From Paragordius varius (Eukaryota > Animalia > Nematomorpha), in assembly GCA_964247055.1 (NCBI GenBank), contig OZ176050.1:15004001-15068000 (forward strand): a DNA stretch of 64,000 nucleotides. Reading direction: 5' to 3'. Every line of letters begins with the position of its first letter. The stretch's first letter is position 1. The notes below the pieces were generated by a model that saw nothing but the letters and a program-made list of their open reading frames with translations, did no database searches and was not told where the DNA came from. The translations under genes were made by a program, and so were the position numbers. Below are positions 62,447 through 64,000 of the stretch, one piece after another.

Positions 62447-63760
62447 TTAAGCCCTTTCTCTCGAAAAATATCCGCCTCCCGGTTGTACCCGAGAAACATC
62501 TGGGCGTCGAAATCTTCGGACTGGCGGGGTCGTTTCAGGGATCGTTACTGTAACTTCTTCTTCTGATGTACTCCCAGCAGTTTCTGAAGTCAGAGGCGCT
62601 GTTGATGATAAATCATCTTGGGATTCCTCCACTTTACCGAGGGTCGTACTACTAGAGTAATCAGATTGGGTTTGCTTTTGTCCCTCCGTTGTACAGGTAC
62701 TTAAGGTTTCAATCTCTTTTTCTAACGTAGTTTCCGTGGTAATGGTCGGTATGGGTGGCGTCGCTGTATGCAGTGTTGATTGTTTATGCTTCAAAAGATT
62801 ATAATCCATTTCCAATTCCTCTTCTATGCCCTTGAGCAAGTTATCAACCTCCTCAGAACTTATTTTTTGGGTAAAAACTTTTTAAGGTGATCACTGCTTT
62901 TGTTAAAGAAATGAAAGTTAGGATCCGTTATATCCAGGCCCAAAAAACCAGAGTGATTAAGCATTTCGGGTAGTATGCCAGTTGGCTGGACAGTTGTGTA
63001 CTTCTAAATTGGAAAATATAATGTTTTATCTTGGATTAAAATTTAATAGATGTTTAGTTTCAAACGGCAGGATTATTGTATAAAAGGCTATAGTATTTAA
63101 CTTAAATTATGATAATATATTGTAAAAATGTAACGACAAATATTTTTTCAAAACATCGCTATACTGTGTTAAAATTGACTTTTACATTAGCACATTGTGT
63201 TAAATTGCAAAGTGAAATGGAGATGATTAGTATGCCAATTATATATTTGACAATTGTAATTAAATTTGTATGTGAAAAGAGGTTCGAAAAATAATGGTTG
63301 TCTTTTGAAAAAAAATTTGTTTTATATTTTTACGTTTACCCATATTATTTCAACTTGTCCAGTAAAAATGTCACAATTTTAAACTCTTAGTTAGGTAAGA
63401 AAAATTTGCGGTCAAATTTTAACCGTTCACAAACTCTTGTCAACTATTTTAGTAATGAAAAAAAGCATGCAGTAGCGTATGGCATAAAACATTATTAATA
63501 CATAATAGAATAAAAAAATGTTTCTTTTAAAAAACAAGCCTATATGTATAAACACATATCTATATCCCCTTGTTTATTTATAAAAAACGTTTTTTTATTC
63601 TTTTATGGACTAATATTGTTTCATGCCATACACTACTGTATCATAAAAGTACCTTCTAAAGTGGTATCCGTAAATTCCTCTGTCACTGTTGTAACTAAGG
63701 TACTCGTCGTATTTTCCACAAAAGTTTCTGTTAGATCTTCATCTGTTGTCGTTGATATAC
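62447..63760 (-). CDS. 3' part of an orphan Thr/Glu-rich, mucin-like protein; 5' exons not resolved or outside the window
   Basis: Candidate exons 63760-63653 (STTTDEDLTETFVENTTSTLVTTVTEEFTDTTLE), 63100-63066, 63003-62879 and 62858-62447 (…TTETTLEKEIETLST…PPVRRFRRPDVSRVQPGGGYFSRERA-stop). Joining the last two needs a 20-nt intron or a 1-nt frameshift. Confidence 0.55.
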
Positions 63761-64000
63761 CTAAAAAATGAAATATTGATATAATCTAAAAGATCGAAAA
63801 CAAATATTTTATATGGTCAATTTTTTTATTTTTTCTATTAACTTAAATTCACTGGTAAATTTTAATCAATTTCTTTGACACTTTTTTATTAAAAATTCTT
63901 TTATTTTCTCTTTTATTTCATGGAAATATAAAGAGAAAAGCGGAAAGTTGGAATAAAGCGCACAATCATACAAAGTTATTAATTTTGATATACAGAATAA

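Noticed and set aside
1-64000. Assigning the window to a particular taxon (e.g. flatworm, mesozoan or nematomorph)
   Set aside because: AT richness and tiny introns fit several lineages; a BLAST of TIM23 or CNOT11 is required and could not be run.

Overview
Very AT-rich eukaryotic (animal-type) genomic DNA; the species cannot be determined from the sequence. I reconstructed seven recognisable genes by hand from GT-AG splice sites and reading frames: a 21-exon lysosomal-type GH38 alpha-mannosidase (+, 620-19166), TIM23 (-, 19802-22576; absent from the ORF track), CNOT11 (+, 22612-37987; about 900 aa with large insertions), an intronless F-box/Kelch FBXO42-like gene (-), an IL-17-receptor-like SEFIR type I membrane protein (+, 46922-49956), a divergent PKA-catalytic-like kinase (+) and a short ORP1/ORP2-type oxysterol-binding protein (-). 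Two partial orphan S/T-rich genes lie at the right end. Long introns and intergenic DNA are filled with MITEs (three TA-flanked families, a TTAA-flanked piggyBac-like family, hAT-like elements, some nested), plus decayed RTE LINE and mariner remnants and several minisatellites. The most unusual signal is the intron architecture: frame-restoring GT-AG introns of only 22-32 nt at the 5' ends of four unrelated genes, a second class of 62-80 nt, and TE-inflated introns of 0.14-2.9 kb. TIM23 and CNOT11 are head-to-head with only 35-44 bp between start codons. All coordinates were counted by hand; family assignments rest on recalled motifs, not database searches.
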